A DNA stretch of 64,000 bases from an uncultured Collinsella sp. (GCA_900757205.1 CAAENA010000090.1:1708-65707); one strand, 5' to 3'. Shown: positions 18,242 to 27,985, counted from the stretch's first letter. The notes: generated from the sequence alone by a model not told the origin. A program made the numbers and translations.

Positions 18242-19369
18242 TTATGCAAACACTATCAAGTTGTCCCTATGGATTGCGGGCTTCTCGGCTAGGTCTGCCA
18301 GTAGACGGTTGCCGGCAATCTGGTCCTGGCGGCGGCCGGCGGCAAGCTCCAGCACGTCCGAATCGGCCTCAGCGATACCGCGGGCGACAACCATGCCGCT
18401 CGGGTCGCACACGTCGAGCACATCGCCCTCGGCAAACTGGCCATCGACCTCGCGAATACCCACCGCGAGCAGCGACGATCCGCGGCTGACCAGCGCCTTC
18501 GCGGCGCCGTCATCGACCGTCACCGAGCCGTGCGCCTTGTCGCCCAGTGCAATCCACAACTTGCGCGGCGCAATGTCCAGGCGCTCCGCCGGCGGATCGA
18601 ACAGCGTACCCACGCTCTCGCCGCGGGCCAGACGCACGAGCGCATCGGGCTCCTCGCCCGAGCAAATCACGCTTTGAATGCCCGCCGTCATGAGAATGCG
18701 GCTCGCGCGAATCTTGGTGATCATGCCGCCCGTGCCCACCGATGTGGAAGAATCGCCCGCCGAGGCGATAATCTTGGCATCGATCTTATGCACGACCGGG
18801 ATAAACTCGGCCGTCGGATCCTCATGCGGATTGGCGGTGTAGAGGCCATCGATGTCCGAGAGCGTCACGCACAGATCGGCAGAAACCAGGCAGCTCACAA
18901 GCGCCGCCAGCGTGTCGTTGTCGCCAAACTTGATCTCATCGACGGTGACGGTATCGTTCTCGTTGACGACCGGCACCACGCCGAGCTCCACCAGGCGAAG
19001 CAGGGCGTCGCGCGCGTGCAGGTAGGACGTGCGGCGCGCCGTGTCGTGACGCGTGAGCAGCACGAGCGAGGTGAGCAGGTCGCGCGCATGGAACTCCTCG
19101 TCGTAGGCCGACGAGATGATGCACTGACCGGCCGAGGCGCAGGCCTGCAGGCTCGGCAGGTCGCCGACCGGCTTACGGTCGAAGCCCAGCACGGGATAGC
19201 CGCAGGCAATGGCGCCCGAGCTCACCACGATCAGGCGCCAGCCAAGCTCGCGCAGCGCTGCGGCCTGGTCGGCAAGCCCGCCGATAAAGGCGCGGTTGAC
19301 CTTGCCGTCGGCGCCCACCACCGTGGACGAACCGATCTTTACCACCATCGTTTTATAAGAAGTCGTCAT
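18242..19369 (-). CDS. proB: Glutamate 5-kinase
   Basis: VVKIGSS, VSSGAI, NENDTV, FGDNDTLAA, GTGGMITK and a C-terminal PUA domain. Confidence 0.95.
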   Translation of the reverse strand: MTTSYKTMVVKIGSSTVVGADGKVNRAFIGGLADQAAALRELGWRLIVVSSGAIACGYPVLGFDRKPVGDLPSLQACASAGQCIISSAYDEEFHARDLLTSLVLLTRHDTARRTSYLHARDALLRLVELGVVPVVNENDTVTVDEIKFGDNDTLAALVSCLVSADLCVTLSDIDGLYTANPHEDPTAEFIPVVHKIDAKIIASAGDSSTSVGTGGMITKIRASRILMTAGIQSVICSGEEPDALVRLARGESVGTLFDPPAERLDIAPRKLWIALGDKAHGSVTVDDGAAKALVSRGSSLLAVGIREVDGQFAEGDVLDVCDPSGMVVARGIAEADSDVLELAAGRRQDQIAGNRLLADLAEKPAIHRDNLIVFA

Positions 19370-19448
19370 ACGTCAAACCAATCAACTGTGGAGGGTTCGG
19401 CCGAGCCGGCGGCCAGGGAAGCGTGACTCGCCCCTACCGCCCAAGGAA

Positions 19449-20954
19449 TTAGTGAGCCCAGGGAAAGGCAGAGGCCGCGGCCATGTTCTTACGCACGAGC
19501 TCGTCGCGCACCTGAGCCAGGCCCTGCTCCATACCCACCACATAGGTCTGCGGGTACAGGAAGCGCTTGAAAGCTGCGTCCAGATGGTCGAGCGCCCAAG
19601 CACAGCGCTCGCGCGCGTCCTGGATGCTCTCACGCGGAGCCACCGCACTGCCATCGCGCACGATCGGCACCAGCAGCTCGCGATACTCGAGTTCGGACAC
19701 GTCGGTCACCAGGGCGGCATCGTTCACGGCCACAAGGGTATTGCCGCGCGCGGCGCCCTCCCCCGCCAGATGGTCCTCGTCGTAGATCATGTCGCAGACC
19801 GGGCCGCCAAAGCCGTCGTAATAACGGCGCACGCGTTGCACACCCGGGATCGTGCGCTTGTATGGCTGCTCAGAGAGCTTGACCACCGGCGTCCATGGAT
19901 CTGCCTCGCTCGCACGGCGGGCGGAAAGCTTGTACACGCCGCCCAGCGCCGGCTGGTCATAGCAGGTCGCAAGCTTGGTACCCACGCCAAAGCTGTCGAT
20001 GGGCGCGCCCTGGTCGAGCAGCGACTGAATCGTGTACTCATCCAAATCGTTAGAAACCGAGATCCCCACATAGGGCAGGCCCTCGGCATCAAAACGGCCG
20101 CGCACATACTTGGAGAGCTTGGCGAGGTCGCCGGAGTCGATGCGAATGGCCGACAGGCGCTCGCCCACCGCTTCCATCTCCTTGGCAACCGTAATGGCAT
20201 GCTCGCAACCCTCGCGTACGTCGTAGGTGTCGATGAGCAGCGTGCAATTCTTGGGGCTCGACTTGGCAAAGGCGCGGAAGGCCTCGAGCTCGGAGTCGAA
20301 GCTCATGACCCAGCTGTGCGCATGCGTGCCAAAGACGGGAATACCGTAGCGGCGGCCGGCGAGCACATTGGACGTAGAGGAGCAGCCGGCAACGTAGCTC
20401 GCGCGCGCGACGGCCAGCCCGCCATCGGGACCCTGGGCGCGGCGCAGGCCAAACTCGGCAACGGGACGGCCGTCCGCCGCCAGCACCACGCGCGCCGTCT
20501 TGGTGGCGACAAGCGTCTGGAAGCCGACGATGTTGAGCAGCGCCGTTTCGAGCAGCTGGCACTCCAGCGCGGGACCGGTGACGCGAACCATGGGTTCGCG
20601 CGGAAAGACGAGCTCGCCCTCGGGGACGGCGTCGATGTTTACATGTGCACGAAAATCGCGCAGGTAGTCGAGGAATGCAGGCTTGAACATCGCACCGCCG
20701 GCCGGGGCCTGGAGTGAGGCGAGGTAGTCGATATCCTCGGGCGTAAAGCGCAGGTTCTCGACCAGCTCGGGCAGCTCGGCGGTGCCGCACATGACGGCAT
20801 AGGCGCTGCCAAAGGGATGGTCGCGGTAAAACGCGGTAAAACAACCCTGCTCATTGGCCTTGCCGCTCTCCCACAGGCCCTGGGCCATAGTGAGCTCGTA
20901 CAGATCGGTGAGCATTGCAATGTCGGTGGGATGCGAGATGTCGGTCAAAGCCAT
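19449..20954 (-). CDS. pncB: Nicotinate phosphoribosyltransferase
   Basis: LTDLYELTM, EFGLRRAQG, GTHAHSW, LIDTYD, IRIDSGDL and FGVGTKL. Confidence 0.95.
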   Translation of the reverse strand: MALTDISHPTDIAMLTDLYELTMAQGLWESGKANEQGCFTAFYRDHPFGSAYAVMCGTAELPELVENLRFTPEDIDYLASLQAPAGGAMFKPAFLDYLRDFRAHVNIDAVPEGELVFPREPMVRVTGPALECQLLETALLNIVGFQTLVATKTARVVLAADGRPVAEFGLRRAQGPDGGLAVARASYVAGCSSTSNVLAGRRYGIPVFGTHAHSWVMSFDSELEAFRAFAKSSPKNCTLLIDTYDVREGCEHAITVAKEMEAVGERLSAIRIDSGDLAKLSKYVRGRFDAEGLPYVGISVSNDLDEYTIQSLLDQGAPIDSFGVGTKLATCYDQPALGGVYKLSARRASEADPWTPVVKLSEQPYKRTIPGVQRVRRYYDGFGGPVCDMIYDEDHLAGEGAARGNTLVAVNDAALVTDVSELEYRELLVPIVRDGSAVAPRESIQDARERCAWALDHLDAAFKRFLYPQTYVVGMEQGLAQVRDELVRKNMAAASAFPWAH

Positions 20955-21038
20955 GGGGCGACCTTTCGGATGCGTTGTGCAGAGGTTGAGGGTTGGAAAA
21001 GGGCAGAGTGTTCGGGCATGGCACCCAGCGCGAATGGG

Positions 21039-21479
21039 CTAGAGCAGGCCCATGCTGGTCAGGATCGTGTAGCCCATAAAGATGACAAACGCGATGAGGG
21101 CAAGGACAATGATGATTTTTTGAGCCGGCGCCATGCCAGGGATCTCGTTCTCGCCCGTAGGCTCCTTGGAGGTAACCATGCGCTGGGCAAAGGTCATCTC
21201 GTCACGGCTCGGCTTGGGCTCGACGGACTTGGAACGAGCGACCTTTTTAGGCTGAGGTTTAGGTGCGGTGGGCGCGGGCTTCGCGGCGGCGGGCTTGGGC
21301 GCGGGGGCGACGTTCGCGGCGGCCTCCTCGGCCTTCTCGCGCTCGGCACGCAGGGCGGCCAGCTCCTCACGCTCGCGGCGTGCCTCTTCCTGGGCCTCGC
21401 GACGAGCTTTCTCGGCGCGGAGCTCTTCCAACTCGGCGCGTTCCTCGGCAGACAGTGGTTGGGACTCAAGCTTGGCCAT
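21039..21479 (-). CDS. Hypothetical protein: coiled coil, Pro/Ala linker and C-terminal TM helix
   Basis: AAAGGG RBS before ATG 21479; composition fits a tail-anchored protein. Confidence 0.7.
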   Translation of the reverse strand: MAKLESQPLSAEERAELEELRAEKARREAQEEARREREELAALRAEREKAEEAAANVAPAPKPAAAKPAPTAPKPQPKKVARSKSVEPKPSRDEMTFAQRMVTSKEPTGENEIPGMAPAQKIIIVLALIAFVIFMGYTILTSMGLL

Positions 21480-21543
21480 GGTACAGCCCTTTCTTTTAAA
21501 AAAAGCCGCCGACACAATGTCAGCGGCTTATCAAATCCAAGGG

Positions 21544-21616
21544 TGGAGACGAAGGGAGTCGAACCCTCGGCCTCTGCCATGCGACGGCAGCGCTCTCCCA
21601 ACTGAGCTACGTCCCC
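21544..21616 (-). tRNA. tRNA-Ala(CGC)
   Basis: Reverse complement GGGGACGTAGCTCAGTTGGGAGAGCGCTGCCGTCGCATGGCAGAGGCCGAGGGTTCGACTCCCTTCGTCTCCA, with G3:U70 pair and anticodon CGC. Confidence 0.95.
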
Positions 21617-21669
21617 AGGACAAGTTGATATTTTACCTACGGCTCGCCAACTGTCAACGCCCAATACCC

Positions 21670-21773
21670 AGTCTTTTTGGGACGCGGCTGTTTTAGCTAC
21701 CCCGACAGACAACGCGAACGGTTTGGTCGAACAGCGGCAGGGGTAGCTAAAACAGCCCCGTCCCAAAAAGACT
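21670..21773. repeat. Long inverted repeat (REPIN/MITE-like)
   Basis: AGTCTTTTTGGGACGCGGCTGTTTTAGCTACCCC pairs with GGGGTAGCTAAAACAGCCCCGTCCCAAAAAGACT (one mismatch). Confidence 0.85.
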
Positions 21774-21795
21774 ACTCAAAGAGCCTCGTCCCAGA

Positions 21796-22755
21796 TTAGC
21801 TGGTTTGAGCACTAGTAAGAACACCGGTGGTATCGAACGCCGGGGTAAAGCTCTCGTCTACCGCGCCGCCTTCTTGCCAAAACATCGTCGTAAAGCCCAG
21901 GTCGTCGGCATGGTCGAGCACCTGCTCGTACTCCTCGCGCGTCACGGCGCGCGCCAGGTCGCCGCCTTGTTCGCGCATGAGGGCATTGGGCGTGTACTGG
22001 TTCATGACCGAGATCGGCACGTCGCCCACCGTCTGCCACACCAGGTCCAACACGCGGCACGAATCGTCCGCATGCCCCGGCAGCACCAGATGACGCACGA
22101 TTATGCCGCGCCTCATGAGCCCGTCCTCGTCTACCAGCTCTCCCCCGCGGCGCTCAATCTCGCGCGCCATCTGGGCCAGACCCGACACGGCCACGCGCGG
22201 GTAGTCCTTAATATGAGAAAGCGACTGAGCAAGCCCGGCATCGGCATATTTAAAGTCCGTAAGCCACACGTCGACCAGGTCGCCCAGCGCCGCCACGGCA
22301 CTCGCGCGCTCGTAACCACTCGTGTTGTAGACAATTGGGATGACCAACCCGCGCGTCCGTGCCGCGGCAATCGCGGCAGGCAACAGGTGCGCATAGTGCG
22401 TCGCCGTCACCAGGTTGATGTTATTGGCGCCCTGGTCCTGCAGCTCCAGCATAATCTCGACCAAACGCTCGGGCAAAATCTCAAGACCGAAATTGCCCGT
22501 CGAGATCTCGTGGTTTTGGCAGTAGATACATTTGAGCGAACAGCCGCTAAAGAAAATCGTACCCGAGCCGGCCTCGCCCGAAATGGGCGGCTCCTCCCAC
22601 ATATGGAGCGCCGCGCGGGCGACCTTAAGCGTGTTGTCGGCGCCGCACACGCCACGCGCGCCCTCGTCGCGCGCCGCACCGCAACGGCGCGGACACAAAT
22701 GGCAGGCGGGCGAAAAAAGTTCGGTCAACGACGTCGGCATAAAAACATGCTCCAA
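21796..22755 (-). CDS. Radical SAM protein (PflX-like)
   Basis: CHLCPRRC, HMWEEPPISG and FFSGCSLKCIYCQN (CxxxCxxC). Exact start uncertain. Confidence 0.85.
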   Translation of the reverse strand: MEHVFMPTSLTELFSPACHLCPRRCGAARDEGARGVCGADNTLKVARAALHMWEEPPISGEAGSGTIFFSGCSLKCIYCQNHEISTGNFGLEILPERLVEIMLELQDQGANNINLVTATHYAHLLPAAIAAARTRGLVIPIVYNTSGYERASAVAALGDLVDVWLTDFKYADAGLAQSLSHIKDYPRVAVSGLAQMAREIERRGGELVDEDGLMRRGIIVRHLVLPGHADDSCRVLDLVWQTVGDVPISVMNQYTPNALMREQGGDLARAVTREEYEQVLDHADDLGFTTMFWQEGGAVDESFTPAFDTTGVLTSAQTS

Positions 22756-22889
22756 AACAATGATTCAGCAGCTCAAACGTAAAGGGACCAACCGCACAGA
22801 CGGCTCGAGCCCAAGGCGCCGTAATCGTCCGACACGATTTTTGTAATGTCAAGACTGGAATCGATAAAGTGCCGCTTTATGATGTAGGT

Positions 22890-23056
22890 ATTCCGCCCCC
22901 CGCGGAGCAACTGGGTGAACCGTCGCGTTTATTTAGGGAGCCCACACAGTCGTACCTAGTACAGGTATCCTTCGTTGTTAAGGACGCTGGAACGGTCGAT
23001 GAGGGCACCCACCTGTTTTAGGTGGGTTCATTTTCGTAACGTGGGGGGTGGTTTTC
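22890..23056 (+). ncRNA. ssrS: 6S RNA-like
   Basis: Closing stem CCGCCCCCCGCG / CGTGGGGGGTGG followed by a U run. Internal TGAACC...AGGGAGCC and GAGGGCACCCACCTG...GGTGGGTTCA resemble Firmicutes-type 6S. A TATGAT -10 box lies at 22878-22883. Confidence 0.75.
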
Positions 23057-23265
23057 TTTTGCCGAAAATCACCATTACAGTCCATATGGATTCCCGCCGG
23101 CATCCCGACAAGCCATCGACAACATCCCAATATCTGGTAAGCGCGTGATTATCGCTACGTGCAATTACATGCACCCCCCTTGGTCGAGTATTATGGTTCG
23201 GCTATGCCCTTTGCGCATGGCGTTCTTCTGACCTTTTCCTTCGACGCTTGGCGGTTTTTAGATTC

Positions 23266-24465
23266 ATGGCTTCATCCCCGAGCTACATACCGTACCTATG
23301 CGTGGCAGCGGCGGCCTTTATCACGACCTTCCTCGCGGTGCCCCTGGTCAAGCGCTTGGCAATTAAGCTCGACGCCGTCGACTATCCTTCTAAGCGCCGC
23401 ATCAACACCAAGCCCATCCCGCGTTTGGGCGGAACGGCGGTGTTTTTGGGCCTGGTCGTTGCCTGCATTGTGCAAATCCTAGGCACCTGGCACCTAGGCT
23501 GGCCGCCCGTCCTGGTACCGCACCCGCGCCTTCACATTAGCTATCCCATGTTGGCGCTCTCCTTTACCGTCATCTTTGCGACCGGCGCTATCGACGACGT
23601 CTATCAGCTCAAGCCCAAACAAAAACTGGCCGGTCAGGTACTCGCCGCGCTCATCGCCTGTATCGGCGGCTTGCGGATCGGCGTCATCGTCAACCCGTTT
23701 GCCCCCGGCGAAATCATGCTCGGATGGCTCGCCTACCCCATCACCGTGATCTATCTGGTGGCATTCACCAACATCATTAACCTCATCGACGGCCTCGACG
23801 GCTTGGCCACGGGCATCTGCGGCATCGCGTCGTTCACCATGTTTTCGATGGCCGTTCTCTCGGGCCGCATCGACGCCGCCGCGCTCTCTATTGCGCTCTT
23901 TGGCGCTTGCCTGGCCTTTTTGCGCTACAACTTCAACCCCGCAAGCATCTTCTTGGGCGACTCGGGATCGCTGCTTCTGGGCTTTGCGCTGGGCTCCATC
24001 TCGCTGCTCAACGTGAGCCGCACCGCCGCGCTCACCTCGCTTATCATCCCGCTCATCGTTGCCGGCGTGCCCATCATCGACACGTTTAGCGCCATCGTGC
24101 GCCGCAAGCGCGCCCACATTAGCATTGGGCAGGCCGACAAGGGCCACATCCACCACCGCCTGATCCAAGAAGGCTATAACCAAAAACAGGCTGTGCTGCT
24201 CATCTATGCCTGGTGCATCATGCTTTCGGCCGGCGCCGCCGCGATCAACCAGGTCGAGGTACCCATGCGCGTGCTCATCTTTACCGTGCTCGCCATTGGC
24301 TCGGCGGCCTTTGCCAAGCATCTACATCTGTTTGAGCCCGTGCTGCGCCACCATTACAACAAGCGCACGCACGAGGACGAGCTCGTCACCCCCGACGACC
24401 CCGCCTTTAAGCAGGAGGAGCAGGCAGCCGAGGAACGTAAGGAAGAGCGCCACCACAAGCGCTAG
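23266..24465 (+). CDS. Undecaprenyl-phosphate GlcNAc-1-phosphate transferase (WecA/TagO, MraY family)
   Basis: PRLGG, GAIDD, NIINLIDGLDGLA, NFNPASIFLGDSGS and HIHHRL, with multiple TM helices. Confidence 0.9.
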   Translation: MASSPSYIPYLCVAAAAFITTFLAVPLVKRLAIKLDAVDYPSKRRINTKPIPRLGGTAVFLGLVVACIVQILGTWHLGWPPVLVPHPRLHISYPMLALSFTVIFATGAIDDVYQLKPKQKLAGQVLAALIACIGGLRIGVIVNPFAPGEIMLGWLAYPITVIYLVAFTNIINLIDGLDGLATGICGIASFTMFSMAVLSGRIDAAALSIALFGACLAFLRYNFNPASIFLGDSGSLLLGFALGSISLLNVSRTAALTSLIIPLIVAGVPIIDTFSAIVRRKRAHISIGQADKGHIHHRLIQEGYNQKQAVLLIYAWCIMLSAGAAAINQVEVPMRVLIFTVLAIGSAAFAKHLHLFEPVLRHHYNKRTHEDELVTPDDPAFKQEEQAAEERKEERHHKR

Positions 24466-24624
24466 AACAAGCTGCCGAGGATATGCCAAGGCACCGCTGG
24501 CCAAACGCAGCCACGCCGCATCCATAGCGCAAGCCTCCCCACGCCAGCCCCTCACCTACTTACGCCCCGCCTCTCTAATAAACACGCTATCATCTTGACC
24601 CATGAACATACGTTAGGAGCAATC

Positions 24625-25674
24625 ATGCCAAACGAGAACAGCTACGAAGTCGCGCTGCAAAAGAGCAACGCCATTCGCGAGGGCCTGGCCAAGACGCCCG
24701 AGAAGTTCACCATGCTCACCGGCGACCGCCCCACCGGCCGTCTGCACCTGGGCCACTACTTCGGTACCCTCAAGGGCCGCGTGGAGCTACAGAACATGGG
24801 TGCAAAGACCAACGTGCTCATCGCCGACTATCAGGTCATCACCGACCGCGACACCACCGAGCACATCCAGGACAACGTGTACAACATGGTCATGGACTAC
24901 CTTGCCTGCGGCATTGACCCCAACAAGACCATGATCTACGCGCACTCCGCCGTGCCCGCCGCCAACCAGCTCATGCTGCCGTTCCTGTCGCTGGTGTCCG
25001 AGGCCGAGCTGGCGCGCAACCCCACCGTCAAGGCCGAGATGGAGGCCTCGGGCCACGAGCTCACCGGCCTTCTGCTCACCTACCCGGTACATCAGGCCTG
25101 CGACATCCTGTTCTGCAAGGGCAACGTGGTGCCCGTCGGTCGCGACCAGCTGCCGCACATCGAGCTTACCCGCACCATCGCCCGCCGCTTTAACAACCGC
25201 TACGGCAAGGTGTTCCCCGAGGTCGACGCGCTGCTGTCCGAGACTCCGCTGCTGCCGGGCCTGGACGGTCGCAAGATGAGCAAGAGCTACGGCAACGCCA
25301 TCAATATTTCGATGACCGCCGAGGAGACGGCCAAGCGCATCAAGAAGAGCCAGACCGACTCCGAGCGCATGATCACGTTCGATCCCGAGAACCGCCCTGG
25401 CGTATCCGGTCTGCTTTCGACAGCCGCCATCTGCACCGGCCGCTCCGAGGTCAAGATTGCCGAGGAGATTGGCATGGGCGGCTCCGGCCAGCTCAAGAAG
25501 TACGTGACCGAGGCCGTCAACGAGTACTTCGCACCGATCCGCGAGCGTCGCCAGCGCTACGAGAACGATCTGGACTATGTGAAGGACGTCCTGCATGAGG
25601 GCAACCGTCGCGCCAACGAGATTGCCGAGCAGACCCTGGCCGAGGTTCGAGACGCCATGGGCATGGTGTACTAG
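24625..25674 (+). CDS. trpS: Tryptophan--tRNA ligase
   Basis: TGDRPTGRLHLGHY, VPVGRDQLPHIE and KMSKS. AGGAG RBS before ATG 24625. Confidence 0.95.
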   Translation: MPNENSYEVALQKSNAIREGLAKTPEKFTMLTGDRPTGRLHLGHYFGTLKGRVELQNMGAKTNVLIADYQVITDRDTTEHIQDNVYNMVMDYLACGIDPNKTMIYAHSAVPAANQLMLPFLSLVSEAELARNPTVKAEMEASGHELTGLLLTYPVHQACDILFCKGNVVPVGRDQLPHIELTRTIARRFNNRYGKVFPEVDALLSETPLLPGLDGRKMSKSYGNAINISMTAEETAKRIKKSQTDSERMITFDPENRPGVSGLLSTAAICTGRSEVKIAEEIGMGGSGQLKKYVTEAVNEYFAPIRERRQRYENDLDYVKDVLHEGNRRANEIAEQTLAEVRDAMGMVY

Positions 25675-25708
25675 ATCGATCTGCTGGCTAGAACTTTCGA
25701 TTGCTATA

Positions 25709-25737
25709 GGGCGGGCGCTACGGCGTCCGCCTTTTTT
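25709..25737 (+). terminator. trpS terminator
   Basis: GGCGGGCGC-TACG-GCGTCCGCC hairpin followed by TTTTT. Confidence 0.75.
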
Positions 25738-25779
25738 GGTGCCCGACCGGTTCGGCTCTGCCCATTGCACGCCCTCGAC

Positions 25780-25918
25780 AAACAGGAACAGGCCCGCTGG
25801 CAGTTAGTTGCCAGCGGGCCTGTTCCCGAAGTACACCGTTGAATCGCACAGAGGGGAGGAATGCGAATCAAACTCAACAGGGCAGGCTTTTTCATCGCCT
25901 ATTGCCTGCTCCGTTGCT
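25780..25918 (-). ncRNA. Candidate small RNA with a CCUCCCCU loop
   Basis: On the minus strand: TATATT -10 box (25925-25930), hairpin GCAGGC..GCCTGC, hairpin TCGCA-TTCCTCCCCTCTG-TGCGA, then a long perfect terminator stem (25785-25826) followed by TGTTT. Confidence 0.5.
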
Positions 25919-26002
25919 GAAACCAATATAGTTCACCGTGGTTTACTTTGCTGCATCAATATCGCCCGCCATAGCTTCTCCATAAGTTAGCCCCAGTAAA
26001 CT

Positions 26003-26042
26003 AAACCACCACAAAGGGGACAGGCACCTTTGTGGTGGTTTT
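26003..26042. repeat. REP-like palindrome, family A copy 3
   Basis: AAACCACCACAAAGG-GGACAGGCA-CCTTTGTGGTGGTTT. Confidence 0.9.
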
Positions 26043-26058
26043 AACCACGGCAGAGCCG

Positions 26059-26379
26059 CTAGAGCCCTGCAGGCCAGCGACAGGCGGCCAAGTCGACGTG
26101 CATGTCGTCCTTAAACGCCACACCCTCCCCTAGCAAAAGCTCACGTTGAGCATCGGGACCGCCAAAAGCAAAACCCTCGCATATGTGCCCGTCGGCAAAC
26201 ACCACGCGGTGACAGGGAATCTCGCCGGGGCGAGGATTACTATGCAGGGCATACCCCACGTACCGCGCACTTCGTGGACGACCGGCAAGCAGAGCCACCT
26301 GACCATACGTGGCGACCATCCCCTCGGGGATTTGCTCGACCACCTCGTACACCCGCTCAAAAAAGCCCTCAGACGCCAT
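26059..26379 (-). CDS. MGMT family / alkyltransferase-like protein
   Basis: IPEGMVATYGQVA, ARYVGYAL and IPCHRVV. Confidence 0.85.
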   Translation of the reverse strand: MASEGFFERVYEVVEQIPEGMVATYGQVALLAGRPRSARYVGYALHSNPRPGEIPCHRVVFADGHICEGFAFGGPDAQRELLLGEGVAFKDDMHVDLAACRWPAGL

Positions 26380-26406
26380 TGCTCGCTCCCTTCCACCCGG
26401 AAAAGC

Positions 26407-26448
26407 ATAAACCACCACAAAGGGCCTGTCCCCTTTGTGGTGGTTTAT
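26407..26448. repeat. REP-like palindrome, family A copy 4 (opposite orientation)
   Basis: ATAAACCACCACAAAGG-GCCTGTCC-CCTTTGTGGTGGTTTAT. Confidence 0.9.
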
Positions 26449-26458
26449 GGCAGGTCGG

Positions 26459-27313
26459 TTAGTTGGCGGGCTGGAAGAAGGCTACGGCTACGGCGCCGGG
26501 GCCTACGTGGGTGCCGATGGTGGCGCCAATGGTGTGAACGGGCAGTTCGCCCTCGGCATGGCCAGCCCACAGCGCCGCGCTGTCCTCGATGTACTTCTTG
26601 AGCACCGCATCCGAAAGGCCCGTATAGCCGAGCGCCAGCGGCATGGAAAAGTCGATGCCGCCCGCTTTTTCGACCTTTTGGTTCAGCAGGTTGCGGCCGT
26701 TCTTGGAACCACGCGCCTTGCCCAGCTGCACGATCAGACCGTCCTCGGCAGCCACAACGGGCTTTACGTTGAGCAGCGTGCCCACGGCGCCGGCAGCAGC
26801 AGACAGGCGACCGCCGCGCACCAGGTACTCCAGCGTCTCGAGCAGACCAATAACCACCACGCGGTCACGGACGGCCTCGACAGCCGCCGCGATCTGGGCC
26901 GCGCGCTGGCCCTCGTCCACTAGGCGCAGGGCATACTCGACCAGCACGCGCTCACCCAGGGTAACGTTATTGCTATCAACCACATACACGTCGCCGCCCG
27001 GCGCCTCGGCAAGTGCGGTACGGGCGCTCTGATTGGTCCCCGAAAGTTTGGCACCCACGGTAATAATCACCGCCTCGTCGCCGGCCTCACGTGCTTCGGC
27101 AATCGCCTGCGAAAACGCGTACGGGTTGACCTGGCCGGTCTTGGGCAGCTCGTCGCGCTCCACGAGCATCTCGTAAAAGCGCTGGTGATCGATGTCGACG
27201 CCATCCATATACACATCGGTGCCAAAGGTAACGGACAGCGGCAAGACGGACAGCGCCGGGTGCTCCGCCGGCGACATATCGCTGGCGGAATCGGTAATAA
27301 TGCGGACGGACAT
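26459..27313 (-). CDS. DegV family fatty-acid-binding protein
   Basis: IITDSASD, LETLEYLVRGGRL, LLNVKPV and IGTHVGPGA. Confidence 0.9.
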   Translation of the reverse strand: MSVRIITDSASDMSPAEHPALSVLPLSVTFGTDVYMDGVDIDHQRFYEMLVERDELPKTGQVNPYAFSQAIAEAREAGDEAVIITVGAKLSGTNQSARTALAEAPGGDVYVVDSNNVTLGERVLVEYALRLVDEGQRAAQIAAAVEAVRDRVVVIGLLETLEYLVRGGRLSAAAGAVGTLLNVKPVVAAEDGLIVQLGKARGSKNGRNLLNQKVEKAGGIDFSMPLALGYTGLSDAVLKKYIEDSAALWAGHAEGELPVHTIGATIGTHVGPGAVAVAFFQPAN

Positions 27314-27432
27314 AGCGAATCCTTTCTTGCGCAGGTCTCGCGCAGGGAATTTTGACAGCAATGTCCCGGCACGGCGTACGCGCTCAAACGGGACGATGCA
27401 GTTCTTGGCTGAAAGCTAGCTCCAGCGCGGCT

Positions 27433-27882
27433 CTAGATCTCGCGCAGGGTGTTGAGAATCGTGCGCAGCGACGCATACATCTGCTCGCGCTGCTCCACAC
27501 CCATAGCCTTACCGGTGGTATCGAGCACCTCGCGAATGATGCGGTCCGCCTCGCTCATGCTCTCGCCGCCCAGAGCGGTCAGGCGCACCGGGGCACGATA
27601 CTTAACGGCCGCATCACCCGATTCGTCGACCTCGACGTAGCCGCCCTCCTCCAGATGCGCGAGCGTGCGCGAGACGGCGGCACGGGTCACGCCTGCCATG
27701 CGAGCCAGGTCAGCGCCAGTCAGGCCGTCCTTGCTGCGCTCAAGATAGTACAGGCACATAACGTCGGAGCCCTTGAGGCCCAGCCTTGCGCCCTCGGATG
27801 TCTTAATGCGCTGGATCTCCTTGTAGAGCCCGCTGATCAGTCCGACAAAGTCCTCGAAACGTGTCTCGTCGTTCTGCTGCAT
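27433..27882 (-). CDS. MarR family transcriptional regulator
   Basis: Winged HTH GLTGADLARMAGVTRAAVSRTLAHLEEGGYV. Position upstream of degV resembles fatty-acid regulators. Confidence 0.8.
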   Translation of the reverse strand: MQQNDETRFEDFVGLISGLYKEIQRIKTSEGARLGLKGSDVMCLYYLERSKDGLTGADLARMAGVTRAAVSRTLAHLEEGGYVEVDESGDAAVKYRAPVRLTALGGESMSEADRIIREVLDTTGKAMGVEQREQMYASLRTILNTLREI

Positions 27883-27985
27883 GGGAGACGACCGCCTTTC
27901 GCTTACATGATGCTAACTGGTAAACATCTTAGCCGCACGAGGCAACACCCATACCCAAATATCCCATTTGTTAACCAATCAACAT

